64,000 nt of DNA from Octopus vulgaris (Eukaryota): contig OX597838.1 of NCBI GenBank assembly GCA_951406725.2, positions 28,830,001 through 28,894,000 of the forward strand, read 5' to 3'. Below are positions 1-13,115 of this stretch, piece by piece. Each line of letters begins with the position of its first letter. The first letter of the stretch is position 1. The notes beneath the pieces are model-generated. The model had not been told where the DNA came from. It saw only the letters and a program-made list of their open reading frames with translations, and made no database searches. Made by a program: the position numbers and the translations under genes.

Positions 1-59
1 TTAACAACAGAATCTTAACCCTTTAGCGTTCATATTATTCTGTCAAAAGTAACGTCTGT

Positions 60-478
60 TTCTATTCTATAGAAATTCTATGAGGAATTATTTACAATGG
101 ACAAACATGTTCCCTCCTCTCGTTTGTTTTTCGGCTGTGCAGATATGAATGTAATATGGGAACCAGTATTAAGAAAAGACAAAATACTAGGTTTAGAAGC
201 CCTATAATTCACTGTATAATTGCCCACGGGCATATAGTGTAGTGGATAAGAGTGCAGGCTACTAACCCTTGGAGTCTAAGTTCAATCCCAGGCAGGGACT
301 TGAAAAATAATAACATCAGTGGCACACCTTGGGAATGAGAACAGTGTGCCCCATTAGTCAAATAAAGGGTTTGGTTCAAAATTCCACCAGAAGACCTGAT
401 GAAGGCTGGAGAGTAGATCAGCCGAAACGTGATAAGAGCAAAGATAAGGATACCTATCCGACCATTGTAAATAATGTA
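60..478. mobile_element. Head-to-head element with tRNA-derived head and hammerhead-like motif (Penelope-like/SINE)
   Basis: Central palindrome TGCCCACGGGCA at 221-232; tRNA-like A/B boxes 228-300; CTGATGA-AGGCTG...CAGCC-GAAAC at 396-428; homologous to 41700-42190; interrupts a piggyBac-type MITE starting TTAA|CCCTTTAG at 15-26. Confidence 0.65.
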
Positions 479-724
479 ATGTTTATTTATTCACATGTCT
501 TTAATTAAACATGCATTATGTTTGTAGTTTTGAGATTTTGATAAGGTAACAGTTAAGTTTTAGAATGATATTGTAGGGTATGCATACATACATACATACA
601 TACATAAATTGCTAGCAAGGACACAGTATTTCATTTAGCAACCGTAATATACCACTGAGTATATTAAAGGTTTACAAGTAAATATTGTGCCTGTTTGTGT
701 TAACAGTGCAATATTCTCTTTTTT

Positions 725-905
725 TAAGTGTGAAACTATAGATTTTCTATAGAATTCGGAGCCAACGCTCTAAATTATGACATTTTCTATACAAATGTCT
801 TTTGTATACAATGCAATCACATTTGCATATTTGTATATTTGTATATAAAACATACCTTATGGTGCTGAATCTGAATTCTGTAGAAAATCTATAGTTTATC
901 ACTTA
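725..905. repeat. Short inverted-repeat element
   Basis: TAAGTGTGAAACTATAGATTTTCTATAGAATTC / GAATTCTGTAGAAAATCTATAGTTTATCACTTA arms. Confidence 0.6.
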
Positions 906-1018
906 TATGATATATATATATCACATACTTGTATAAGTTTGATATGTGCTAATGCATGAAACTCTTGGACCATGAGTCACTCTGTTGCTTTTGCTGAATA
1001 TTGACAAATATATATATA

Positions 1019-1673
1019 TCATCATACGTCCGTTTTCCATGCTAGCATGGGTTGGACGGTTTTGACTGAGGGCTGGCGAACCAGATGGCTGCACCAGGCT
1101 CCAATCTTGATCTGGCAGAGTTTCTACAGCTGGATGACCTTCCTAACTCCAACCACTCCGAGAGTGTAGTGGGTGCTTTTTACGTGCCACCTACACGGGG
1201 GCCAGTCAGGTGGTACTGGCAATGACCTCGCCCGAATCTTTTTACACATGCCACCGACACAGGTGCCAGTGAAGCGACGTTGGTAACGGTCACGCTCGAA
1301 TGGTGCCCTTTTACGTGCCATGTGTGTGTGTGTGTATATATATATGTATATATATGTATATATCATCATCATCATCATCATCGTTTAACGTCCGTTTTCC
1401 ATGCTAGCATGGGTTGGACGGTTCAACCGGGGTCTGGGAAGCCAGAAGGCTGCACCAGGCTCCAGTCTGATCTGGCAGTGTTTCTATATATGGCACATAA
1501 AAGCACCCACTACACTCTCAGAGTGGTTGGCGTTAGGAAGGGCATCCAGCTGTAGAAACTCTGCCAGATCAAGATTGGAGTCTGGTGCAGCCATCTGGTT
1601 TGCCAGTCCTCTGTCAAATCATCCAACCCATGCTAGCATGGAAAGCAGATGTTAAACGATGATGATGATGATG
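1019..1673. mobile_element. Cluster of three RTE 3' tails, two minus and one plus (inverted pair)
   Basis: CATCATCGTTTAACGTCCGTTTTCCATGCTAGCATGGG-type tails at 1019 and 1362; reverse-orientation copy at 1491-1673. Confidence 0.8.
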
Positions 1674-2469
1674 ATATATATATATATATATACTAAGCAA
1701 TTAAGGGTTTAGCAACGAATTGCCTCACCACACACCGAATTTAGAAATAGCAGTCAAAGAGTTATAGCTATTCTTTCTACTAAAAGGGAGATCTCAGTAA
1801 AAACACAGCACTTGAAAGGCAAACACAGACAGGTAAGAGAGAATGAATGAGAATATGTATATTTGTTGTTTTGTTGTTTATTTTTTATACTTTATTTTAC
1901 CGTTATTGTTTTTACGTTTTTGTATTCTTATTGTTGTCACGTATTCTGTATTTTTGTTCGTGTACTTTGTTCGTTTTCCGTCCTCGTGTTGTATACATTC
2001 GAAGCTTTCTTCCAGGGGATCTAATGCACTTGGCTTAGATTTCCCTTGGCGGGCTGCCCATATCGGAGCAATCTCAAGATTAATCAGCCGAAATTGCTAA
2101 GATGATCTGGTTCTTGACTGATGACTGAGGGCTTCGAATGTCCCGTCCTGTGGTTCTTGTGTCGTCTCTGTGGCGTTTCATGTTCTTGTCCATGTCTGTA
2201 ATTATTTTTACTGTTTACCTATATATATATATATATATATAATTGTGTCAAGGACTCATAATCCTTTAAGGGATGCTAGCATCCTAGTTCTCTGGTTTAT
2301 ACCAGTGTTCAGTGAAAACTAAGTATATTAGTTTTGCGTTGACACACATATATATATATATATATATTATTTATGAATGAGAAAAGGAAGAAAATGGAGA
2401 AATTGACATAAAGACATCAGTTTCTTCAAAAGAGTGGGGGCAGTACCACCCACTTTGGGAACCACTGGA

Positions 2470-3720
2470 CTAGAACGTGTATGTTAGGGATTTAATACCA
2501 ATTACATGAGTGGTTCTTCTCTGGATGTGGTCCAGGCTAGTTGTGTGTCTTGCAGTGGTACCGTCCTAGTTGTGGGGGCTTTACTTGAGCCTTGGAGAGT
2601 TTCAGCAACTATTAAGGGCTGAAATATTTTTAACTTGTCTTTAGGATGCGATCCTATTTATTGATAATAAATAAGGACCAGTATTAAGAGCAGTGGGTCT
2701 CAACCATTTTGTTACCCATGGACCCCTTTCATTCCTATTTTACTCTCTTGGGCCCTCGTATCCATTCAGTGTTTCAAAATAATCCTATTCTATTTTTTTG
2801 CCTTTCATCCTTTCAGGGTTGAGAAATTAAGAAGTAGCATTGAAACACAGGGGTTGATGTAATTGATTAGTCCCCTTCCCCCAAAATTTCAGGCTTTGTG
2901 CCTATTCTAGAAAGGATAATTAAAAAATATCAGGAATTGTATGAAAAAAAACATTAAAATGTTTTGTTATTGTAAACAATTAATTGCACATGAATTTTAA
3001 AAACAAAACCTTATGTGGACCCTCAAGGTTCTTGTGGACACTGGTTGAGGACCTCTGATTTAGAGTGACTATGAGGACTGTGTCTGAGTGCTGTTTGTAT
3101 TTAATGGGAGGCGGGGTGTATTGTGGTGGTGTTTTCTTGATGTGTGCAGTGCTTTTTTTTTTCTGTTGAAAGAAACAAAGTTGTTAAACCACCCCCCACT
3201 GAAGGATTCTCTCAAGGTTGCTGTTTATAGAATCAATGTAGGTTTAGTGTGTGATGTGTAGGTTGTGTGTGGCTGGTGCATGGTTGGAGTATGTTAGAGA
3301 AGAATGAAGAGTCATATTATCTGCATTAGTGTGGGCATTGTTGGATGTCGGTAGCAAGTAGGTCATTGATGTTTCAAAGATTGTGTGTGTACGGGGTGGG
3401 GGAACATCAGAGATAATCAAAAGTGGGGCAGCAAGAAAGAGCTCCATCAACTTTATGCCATGGTGGTGGCAGTCAGTCAGATTATGAAGTGTCAATGAAA
3501 GAGATAAGAGATAGGTGGAGTTTATAGGCAGGAAGTTTCGATAAGAGATTTGCATGCCAGACATGATTGTAATTTTTGCTGAGATCTCAGGGACAACAAC
3601 ATTGTTTTCACTCAGTGGTGAGCAAAACAAGAGTGTAGCTCTCCACTGAATCTGGCTCTGTTGAAGCTATACCAGTGATGATTGAGGGGAATTTAAGATA
3701 TTGAAGAATACCTCCATTAT
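2470..3720 (-). mobile_element. Degenerate LINE reverse transcriptase fragment (jockey/L2/CR1 group), split by a hAT MITE
   Basis: Frameshifted minus-strand motifs VWHANLLSKLPAY, KVDGALS, INDLL..NADNMTLHSS (YADD-like), NLERILQWG, YFSP..LLKLSKAQVKP, SLDHIQRRT. Confidence 0.75.
2691..3057. mobile_element. hAT (Charlie-like) MITE
   Basis: TIRs CAGTGGGTCTCAACCA / TGGTTGAGGACCTCTG; 8-bp TSD ATTAAGAG / ATTTAGAG; contains a SINE fragment at about 2795-2920. Confidence 0.8.
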
Positions 3721-4298
3721 CTTTGAGATGTAAGAGGATATAAAATCATCATCATCATCATCATTTAGCGTCCGCTTTCCATGCTAGCATGGGTTGGACG
3801 GTTCAACTGGGGTCTGGGAAGCCAGAAGGCTGCACCACGCCCAGTCTGATCTGGCAAAGTTTCTACGGCTGGATGCCCTTCCTAACACCAACCACTCCGT
3901 GAGTGTAGTGGGTGCTTTTTACGTGCTAGACGGGGCTGGCAAATTGTCACGGTCGGATGGTGCTTTTTACGTGCGACCGGCATGGGGCCAGGCGAGGCTG
4001 GCAACACCCACGATCGGATGGTGCTTTTTTATGTGCCACCGGCACGGAGGCCCATTAGGGCGGCACTGGCAACGGCCACGTTTGGATGGTTTGCTTACGT
4101 GCCACTGGCACTGATATCACAGCTACAATTTCCATTGATATGACCATAAAATAGTTCCTCCGTTATTAATTTAAGAATGTCTCTTCATCCTGCTTGTATC
4201 TTAACATGGTTGTCTCTACTCTGTGCATGTGTGTATAATATATGTATATACAAAATCTGTCAAAAAAAATGTATACACATCTTAGTAAAGGAGAAATA

Positions 4299-4442
4299 TC
4301 TATAAATATAGATACCTCATTCAAAGTTTTATCGAATTGTAATTAGGCTGAATTAAAATACTTATACAGATTTCTTTCCTATTTTAATTCAGCATAATTA
4401 CAATTTGATAAAACTTTGAAAGAGGTATTCTATATTTATAGA
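4299..4442. repeat. Inverted repeat (62-bp arms, 19-bp spacer), probable DNA transposon remnant
   Basis: 4299-4360 is the near-perfect reverse complement of 4380-4442. Confidence 0.75.
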
Positions 4443-4664
4443 GGTGATTATACAAGTTGAATATTTATACAGATTTTCCCATTCCTGAAGTGTAGAAACT
4501 TTGCCAGACCAGATTGAGCCTGGTGCAGCCTCTGGCACACCAGTCCTCAGTCAAAATGTCCAACCCATGCCAGCATGGAAAGCGGACAGTAAACGATGAT
4601 GATGACACACAGACACATAATTATACCAAAAACAGAAGGGTATTAAAATACCAATTGCAATAAA

Positions 4665-4695
<31 letters not shown>

Positions 4696-4732
4696 GAAAG
4701 TACAATTTACTCACTATATACTAAATTGTGGT

Positions 4733-4776
<44 letters not shown>

Positions 4777-4814
4777 TTTATTGCAATTGGTAGGCCTAAA
4801 CTTGCTAGCCACAC

Positions 4815-4846
<32 letters not shown>

Positions 4847-4911
4847 GTATTAATGATACATATTATTGATGATACATATTTAAATTTATATGTATTTGTT
4901 TCTTTGTTTAG

Positions 4912-5108
4912 CAACAAGAATCTGGATTTGGCGGCAATTCTGTGTCTTACCGAGGAGGTGAGAACCGGATCTACGTTGGCAACCTTCCCCCTGATATTCG
5001 TGCCAGAGATATTGAAGATCTCTTCTACAAATTTGGCAGGATAACCTTTGTGGACCTGAAAACCAGGCGAGGACCACCATTTGCTTTTGTGGAATTTGAA
5101 GACCCTAG
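4912..5108 (+). CDS. SRSF1: SRSF1/SF2-family splicing factor, first visible coding exon (RRM1 N-terminal half)
   Basis: Acceptor tctttgtttAG at 4910-4911; reads [65 protein letters not shown](R) with RNP2 IYVGNL and RNP1 PPFAFVEF; donor AG|GTATGT at 5109 (phase 2). No ATG in the exon. Confidence 0.95.
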
Positions 5109-7373
5109 GTATGTTGTTACTGTGTTTCTTTGTGGGTTTCTTTTTTTCTTTTTCTTCAGCTAGACCATCAGACCATTGCATGGTTCAACACTACCACCGT
5201 CACTATCACCTTTGCCACCACCATGACCACCACTGTCCAAGTACTCGGAGTAGGCCCTCTGCTTTAAAGGCAACTCCATATATTGATGTGCTACTTCCTA
5301 CTGCTACTGCCTGTAGATAGCTGAATCAGTAAGGGATGGTCACATATGGAAAGCTTTTGATGATGAGTATTCTTATTCATTGTTGACTGGGGCTAAACAA
5401 AAACCTCTCAGACATGGAGATGCTGTCTTTCTCATCATCATTGCCATTTTAAGTCCTGTTTCTAAACCAGCATGGATTGGACGGGAGGTTATTTCTGCCC
5501 TTCTGATTAGGGTCTGGAACCACATATCGATCATAAATTTTTATTTTCGGATTTGGTTTCTACAGTTGACTGTCCTTAATACCAGCCACTTCACAGAGAG
5601 CACTGGGCGACCTTTTTCCTTCTTCATGGCACCAGCATCAGAAAGGTTGTTTGGATAAACTACACATATGCACCTCCATCACCCGTCCCAACACCCTCAC
5701 TTTGTTTCTCTGTAACTTTCTGAAAAATCTTTTGTCTTTAACTTGTTTTGGTCATTAGACTGTGGCCATGCTGGGGCACTGGCTTGATGAGCTTTGTCGA
5801 ACAATTTGACCCAGTACTTATTTATTAAATCCTGATACTTATTCTATCGGACTCTTTTTGCTGAACTGCTGTAGCACAGCAGTGACACACACAAACTAGT
5901 ACTGGCTGGGAAGCAGTAGTGGAATGCATGTACACACACGACAGGCTTCTTTCAGTTTCCGTCTACCAGATTCACTCACAAGGCTTTGGTTGACCTGGAG
6001 CTATAGTAGAAGACACTTGTACAAGGTGCCACGCAGTAGGACTGAACCTGAAACTAGGATTATTATAAGTATTTTTATTGAGTGAGACAGCAGCACATGT
6101 CATCAAAGTGACCGTGGGGTACAAAGATATGAAACCCAGTATATCTATCATGACTACCCGTCTGATTGGGGTACACCAGCTACATGCATCACAACCATTT
6201 GTACACGACATGGTGACCGCATATCAAGATAAATGGTGCATGACCTTGCAGGTGAGGTCCAGTTAGAATTTTCTTCAGGTCAAGTAGCCCATCTTACCCA
6301 AAAAGTCCCTCAATAAGTGTTGTTTAAGGCTGATGAACGAAACGGTACACGGATGGGATGTCAAATGCACTTTTACCGAAGGACAAAAAGCTGAACGGAC
6401 AAGATGCTGAAAAGACATACGAAAATTAAAATCATCATCATCGTTTAACGTCTGTTTTCCGTGCTAGCACAAGTTGGACGGTTTGACCGGGGTCTGGGAA
6501 GCCAGGAGGCTGCACCAGGCTCCTGTCTGATCTGGCAGTGTTTCTACAGCTGGATGCCCTTCCTAACGCCAACCACTCCGTGAGTGTATTGGGTGCTTGT
6601 TACGTGCCACTGACACAGGTGCCAGAGGAGTCTGGCAGCGGCCACGATCGGTTGGTACTTTTTACGTGCCACTGGCACAGAAGCCAGTCAAGGCGGCGCT
6701 GGCATCGGCCACATTCGGATGGTGCTGTTTACGTGCCACCGGCACAGAAGCTGGTCAAGGCGGCACTGGCATCGGCCACGTTCGGATGGTGCTTTTTACA
6801 TGCCACCAGCACAGTTATCACAACTACTATTTCCATTTGATATTTATTTCGATGTTCATGTACTTGACTCAATAGGTCTCCTGAAGCACAGCAGGTTGTT
6901 CTGAAATGTATTAAAAAATTGCCATAGGTAGAAATGTTTTATTTTTTTTATTGTGTCTGTTTGGCTTCTTGTCCGTGCATGGAATGAAACACCCATGTTT
7001 CCAGAGGTGAGTAATTCAAACCCTAAAGAATCCCTCTCAACACATGGCTATGATGCTCCCTCACTCCTCTTTCTCATGCACAGAGATGCACATATCGTCA
7101 GCTACCAAGGGGCCATGCTCAACTGGTTTAGGTCAAGCAACTTACAAGAAGATCTGTGGTATTGAACAGAATATTTGCTGTAGCCCTTCTTTTGCACCAA
7201 GATAAAACATTGTACATGATAACTTCCTGTCAGTTAAGATCAGAAGCCATGAGAGTCACTGATTGGTATTGAATCAGGGCATCATTATTATTGAATGAAA
7301 CAGCAGCACACACCATCAACATGCCCAATATAGCCATCATGATTGCCCGTCTGATTATTGAATCACATCAACT

Positions 7374-7765
7374 CTTTACTCTTTTACTTGTTTCAGTCAT
7401 TTGGCTGCGGCCATACTGGAGCACCGCCTTTAGTTGAATAACTTGACCCCAGAACTTATTCTCTGTAAGCCTAGTACTTATTCTATCAGTTTCTTTTGCC
7501 GAACCGCTAAGTTACAGGAACGTAAACACACCAGCATCGGTTGTCAAGCGATGTTGAGGGGACAAACACAGACAGACACACACACACACACACATATATA
7601 TATGATGGGCTTCTTTCAGTTTCCGTCTACCAAATCCACTCACAAGACTTTGTTCGGCTCGAAGCTATAGTAGAAGACACTTGCCCAAGATGCCACGCAG
7701 TGGGACTGAACCCAGAACCATGTGGTTGGTAAGCGAGCTACTTACCACACAGCCACTCCTGCGCC
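7374..7765 (-). mobile_element. tRNA-derived SINE family A
   Basis: Head GGCGCAGGAGTGGCTGTGTGGTAAG (A box), GGTTCAGTCCC (B box), internal (TG)n and (AAAGAGT)n tail. Further copies at about 5740-6050, 26885-27225, 28081-28465, 34474-34888, 35911-36549, 39810-40314 and 60308-60720 (-). Confidence 0.88.
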
Positions 7766-8338
7766 TGCTTATTTTGTTAGAAATATTAGTAATAAAAGGG
7801 TTAACTGTCCACCTTCAAAGTTACTGCCCGACTCTACCATTTGTAATATTCCATTATCACTTCCATTCCCAACCTGAGTATCTGATAATTGAGTTTTGTT
7901 GCTCTCTCTCGTTGAGTCTTAGAATCTCTCCCTCTCTTGATATCATTTCGTTCTCCATTTGAGGTGCTCTGTGTTTGGACCCTTATCACGATATTTTCAT
8001 TACCATCGTTGAGAGATTTCTGATCTTATCTTGTTGTTTGCTGCTGATTTCTCTACAAACACATTATTTTATCACTGCATTTGTCTTTCACTGGAAACAA
8101 ACAACCGACTTTTGTTACTTACTTCTGTGCCAGGAGGCAACCTGAGTTAATAAATCTCCGCCCCGCCCTTAATTTAGCGAAACTTAAGCCCTCACTGTTA
8201 TCTGAAAAACAGATCAGATGCCATTCGGAAAACCCGTTTCTCTTTATCATTTAACATTCTTGGCTAAATATATGTACACACAATATATGTAGGTTGTCTT
8301 ACTGCATATAGAGTTTAGTTTCAAATTATATATATGTA

Positions 8339-8788
8339 TGGCTGTGTGGTAAGTAGCTTGCTTCCCAACCACATGGTTCCGGGTTCAGTCCCAATGTGTG
8401 GCACCTTGGGCAAGTATCTTCTACTATAGCCTTGGGCCGACCAAAGCTTTGTGAGTGGATTTGGTAGATGGAAACTGAAAGAAGCCCATTGTATGTGTGT
8501 GTGTGTGTATGTATATATATATATATATTTATATATATATTTATATATATATATGTATATGTATGTATATATGTATATGTATGTATATATGTATTTGTGT
8601 GTCTGTTTGTCACCCCGCCATCACTTAACTGATGTTTGTGTGTTTATGTCCCCATAACTTAGTGGTTTGGCAAGAGAGACTGATAGAATAAGTACTAGGC
8701 TTACAAAGAATAAGTCCTGGGGTCGATTTGTTCAACTAAAGGTGATGCACCAGCATGGCCACAGTCACATGACTGAAACAAGTAAAAG
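8339..8788 (+). mobile_element. tRNA-derived SINE family A
   Basis: Same sequence in + orientation; others at 9045-9338, 25093-25435 and 28677-29067. Confidence 0.88.
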
Positions 8789-10206
8789 TGTATCTATTTT
8801 ACTAATATTTAGCAGAAGTAACAGGAGTGACTCAAAGTCCGAGTGTTTCGTGTATTGGCACTTAATCAGACTAGCCACAGGTCGAAGGCCAGTGTGTCTT
8901 TGATGTTTGTCCCCCATCATTGCTTGATGACCAGTGTTGGTTTGTTTATATCTCCATAACTTAGCAGTTCAGCCAAAGTACCAGGCTGAAAAAAAAGAAA
9001 AACAAAAGTGCTGGGGCTAATTCATTTGACTATAAATAAGAATACCTCGGGCCGACCAAAGCCATGTGAGTGGATTTGGTAGACGGAAACTGAAAGAAGC
9101 CTGTTGTATATATGTATATGCATGTGTGTATATATGTTTGTGTGTCTGTGTTTGTCCCCCTCAACATCGCTTGACAACCAATGCTGGTGTGTTTACATCC
9201 CCATAACTTAGCGGTTCGGCAAGAGACCGATAGAATAAATACTAGGCTTACAAAGAATAAGTCCTAGGGTTGATTTGCTTGACTAAAGGCGGGGCTCCAG
9301 CATGGCCTCAGTCACATGACTGAAACAAGTGAAAGAGTATTACTTTGTCAAATTTGCATTGTTTTGAATTGTGCATTACCTCATAGCTTCAAGATTTCAG
9401 TGATGTTATTGTTTTTAGAATGACCATGTATGGCGGGTGTGAGAGGTTGGATCTGGCTAGTTTTAATGTAAAACCGGTAGAATATTAGGGCCTTTAAATG
9501 TTAAACGGTTAATAATGACAGTTACTTTATTAAATTCATTATCTTAAAAATCAATTGAAATAGCGAAATTGTATTTAATTAGAAATACAGTAACAAAAGA
9601 GTTAATTACAAAATTAATTACATATTTCATATGCGAGATGGTTGTCTGAGTGAAATTGACACACTATTGAAATTGGTGCCCTCCCCCTTTTTTTTTAATT
9701 GTTTTAAATTCTTTGATATTTGGCCTCATTCAGCTGAATGTAAACATTTTTGGATGTGGTTTGGTGTATGGAATTCTTTTGGCTCTGTAGACTTTTGAAT
9801 ATTTGTTGATTCTACAACAGAGAGGGTGTAGAGAGAAATTGAGGTGGGGAGGGGTTCTACAACAGAGTAGACATTACTTCTACAACAGAGGAAGGTGGAG
9901 TTTTTTAGTTTTTTTTTTTGAAATTTTAAATTTCTTTCAGATTTGGCTGTTGCAACTCAACATTTTCTGTGTATCAAAAATAAAGGATTCTTGCCATTAT
10001 GAAGAACTTTTCCTATAACGGATCAAAGTAAAACTTTTAGAGGATGGCAGTTTAACATTTCTAGTTTTTTTAAAAATAGACACTGGTATGGTTGTGTGGT
10101 TAAAATGTTCATTTCCCAACCCCGTGGTTTCAGGTTCAGTCCCACTGCGGGGGCACCTTGATTGAGTGTCTTCTGCCAAAGCTCTGGGACTTGTGAGTGG
10201 GTTTAA

Positions 10207-10426
10207 CCCTTTAGTGTTCAGATTATTCTGTTAAATGTAATACTTTTTCACTCAAATTGTTTTGAATTAATCATGCATTATCTTATAGCTTTGAGGTTTC
10301 AATGATGTGATTGTTTATTTATAGAATGACATTGTAGGATAGGTGTGAGAGACTAGATATTGCCAGTTTGAATATAAAACATGTGGAATATCTGGGCCTG
10401 ATATGGCCGGTTTAAACACTAAAGGG
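10207..10426. mobile_element. piggyBac-type MITE
   Basis: TTAA|CCCTTTAG...CTAAAGGG|TTAA: TTAA TSD and CCC termini; 220 bp. Confidence 0.8.
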
Positions 10427-10850
10427 TTAACGAAAGGAAACTGAAGGAAGCCTGTTGTATGTGTGGAGTGTGTCTGTCTTTGTCTTGACAACAGGAAATT
10501 GTTGTGAATGTGCCTCACTGGTGTGATTCAAGTGTAGCTTCCATTTCCAGTATTCTTGGGGAACATGCCTGTCCACAGGCGAGGGAACAGTTGAGGGTTG
10601 ATGACAGGAAGGGCTGTAGAAAATTTGCCTCAACGAATTCTGTCAGACCCATGGAAATGTGGATGTTAAAACGATGATGATGAGGAGGCAGAAGATGATT
10701 TCTAATTTTTTTTCATCATCATCATCCATCATTTAAACGTCAACTTTTTCATGCTGGCATGGGTTGGACATGGCTTGTTTTCGATACCATTTTGCATTTT
10801 ATGATTCTTCCTTGTTAACAGTCCGTTGTCTTTACGTATTCATCTTCTAG

Positions 10851-11011
10851 GGATGCAGAAGACGCTGTACGGGAAAGAAATGGCTACAACTACGACAACT
10901 ACAAGTTGAGAGTTGAATTTCCACGTGGAACTGGACCTGGTGGACGGGGCCGAGGTCGCGGAAAAGGTGGACCCCCTTCGCGTCGCTCCCAGTACAGAGT
11001 GTTTGTGTCAG
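10851..11011 (+). CDS. SRSF1: SRSF1-family exon 2 (end of RRM1, Gly/Arg linker)
   Basis: Acceptor catcttctAG; reads [53 protein letters not shown](G); donor G|GTAAGC at 11012; phase matches exon 1. Missed by the ORF track. Confidence 0.96.
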
Positions 11012-11317
11012 GTAAGCGGCCCTTTTGTTGATTAACCAATTTTCATAAAGTTGAGGCCTAAATTTGGATTACTTACAACTCCCTTCATTGTCCCTTTATT
11101 TGATGACAGGCTTACTTTTTAACCTCTGTCAAAATGTTTAAAAATGAAAAAAAAAAAAATTCCTAGGTTCCTATATGTGAAGTTGGACCTCCTATAAACT
11201 TTGATAATGATGAAAGGAAATGAATTGTAATTGAAATTTTAAAATAAGGAAAGATATTGTATAACCTGTTATTAAAAAAAAAACAAAAAAAAAACTAAAA
11301 ATAATTGTTTATTTAAG

Positions 11318-11490
11318 GTTTACCAAAATCTGGCAGCTGGCAAGACTTGAAGGATCATATGCGTGAAGCTGGTGATGTCTGCTATGCAGATGTCTTCAAT
11401 GATGGCTCTGGAATGGTGGAATTTCTGAGATATGAAGACATGCGGTATGCTGTGAAGTACCTGAATGAATCTAAATTCCGATCTCATGAG
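11318..11490 (+). CDS. SRSF1: SRSF1-family exon 3 (pseudo-RRM2)
   Basis: Acceptor tttaAG; reads (G)[57 protein letters not shown] with the diagnostic SWQDLKD motif; donor GAG|GTAAAA (phase 0). Confidence 0.96.
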
Positions 11491-12578
11491 GTAAAATATT
11501 TATTATTATTATTATTGTTGGTGTTGTTGTTAAGGTGGCAAGGTGGTAGAATCATTAGCATGCTGAACAAAGTGCTTAGCAGCATTTTATCTGTCCTGAG
11601 TTCAAATCCTACTGAGGTCAACTTTGCCTCTCATCCTTTTGGGGCTGATGAAATAAGTACCAGTTGAGCACTGGGGTTGATGTAATTGACTAGCCCCACC
11701 TCCCCTCAATTTCAGGCCTTGTGCTAATAGTATAAAGGGTTGTCGTTAAGGTGGTGAGCTGGCAGAACCATTAGCACCCTGGACAAAAAGCTTAGTGGTA
11801 TTGCATTCTGAGTTCAAATTCTGCTAAAGTTGATTTTGCCTTTTGTCTTTTGAGGGTTGTTAAAATGCATAACCTGTCAAGAACTTGGGGTCGATGTAAT
11901 TGATTAACCCCCTTTCCTTCGAAATTTCAGGCCTTGTGCCTATAGTAGAAAGAATTGTTATTATTAAGACAAGTGATTGGATAAAAAGGTAAAGACCTCC
12001 CTTTCAGTCAAGAATGAATCATGGGATTGCATCTAGAATGTTCCCCTGCAAGGCACAAGTCTGGGCAAGGTTGTTTTATGGAAGGCCAGCAGTTGGGCCA
12101 TGCATACCAGCCTCTCCTCTCCATGTCACTGATGTCATCCAAGGGAAAGGCAAAGGCTGACACAGCTCAGCATCAACAACATCGCAACTCATTTCTACAG
12201 ATCAGTGAACTGGAGCAATGTGAAATAAAGTGTCTTGCTCAAGAACACAACACAGAGCCTGGTCCGAGAATCGAACCCACTACCTCATGATTGTGAGCCC
12301 AATATTCTAACCTCTGAGCCATGCGCCTTCTTCTGGCTCAGTGATAGTGGAATTGGTAAAGTAATTAGTTACATTCTTCTGTGTGAATTCCCAATTTTGA
12401 TTCACCAATTCCACCAAGACTCTTCCTGCTTCCATGATACAAATTTCCTGTTTCAAAATGATTGAAATTAAAACCTTGCATTGAAATTCCAGGTTTAATG
12501 ATGTTCCAAACACCAGCTTGATAAACACAGTTAATTTAATAAATTCTTCTTTATTTTCAAAATTAATTGAAGCATATA

Positions 12579-13115
12579 GGCATGGCTCTGTGGTAAGAAG
12601 GCGGCGAGCTGGCAGAGTCGTTAGCACGCCAGGTGAAATGCATAGCTGTATTTCGTCTGCCGTTACGTTCTGAGTTCAAATTCCGCTGAGGTCGACTTTG
12701 CCTTTCATCCTTTTGGGGTCGATAAATTAAGTACCAGTTTTGCACTGGGGTCGATGTAATCGACTTAATCCCTTTGTCTGTCCTTGTTTGTCCCCTCTAT
12801 GTTTAGCCCCTTGTGGGCAATAAAGAAACAAGAAGCTTGCTTCCCAACCACACGGTTTGGGTTCAGTCCCACTGTGTGACACCTTGGGCAAGTGCCTTCT
12901 ACTTTATCCTTGGGCTGACCATAGCCTTGTGAGTGGATTTGGTAGGTGGAAACTGAAAGAAGCCTGTGGTGTATATAAATATGTATATCTTATGTGTGTT
13001 TGTCTTTTGTCTGTTTGTTCCCCATCAGCACCACTTGATAACTGGTGTTGGTTTGTTTACATCCCTGTAACTTAGTAGTTTGACAAAATGAGGCCGATGC
13101 AATAAGTACTGGGTT
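12579..13115 (+). mobile_element. SINE family A with a family B SINE nested in its head
   Basis: Family B copy at 12601-12829 flanked by TSD AAGAAG (12595-12600 and 12830-12835). Confidence 0.85.

Noticed and set aside
1693-2220. Strong donor CAG|GTAAGA near 1832 as the missing first SRSF1 exon
   Set aside because: It lies in a (TA)n-flanked repeat-like segment and I could not identify a supporting start codon or promoter features.
3794-4114. Recurring MDGSTGVWEARRL ORF family (also 14516, 41353, 58540)
   Set aside because: Antisense translation of the RTE 3'UTR repeat, not a gene family.
11491-11667. Read-through of SRSF1 exon 3 into a hydrophobic tail
   Set aside because: The extension is (TTA)n plus SINE B; intron 3 retention exists in vertebrates but nothing here supports a functional tail.
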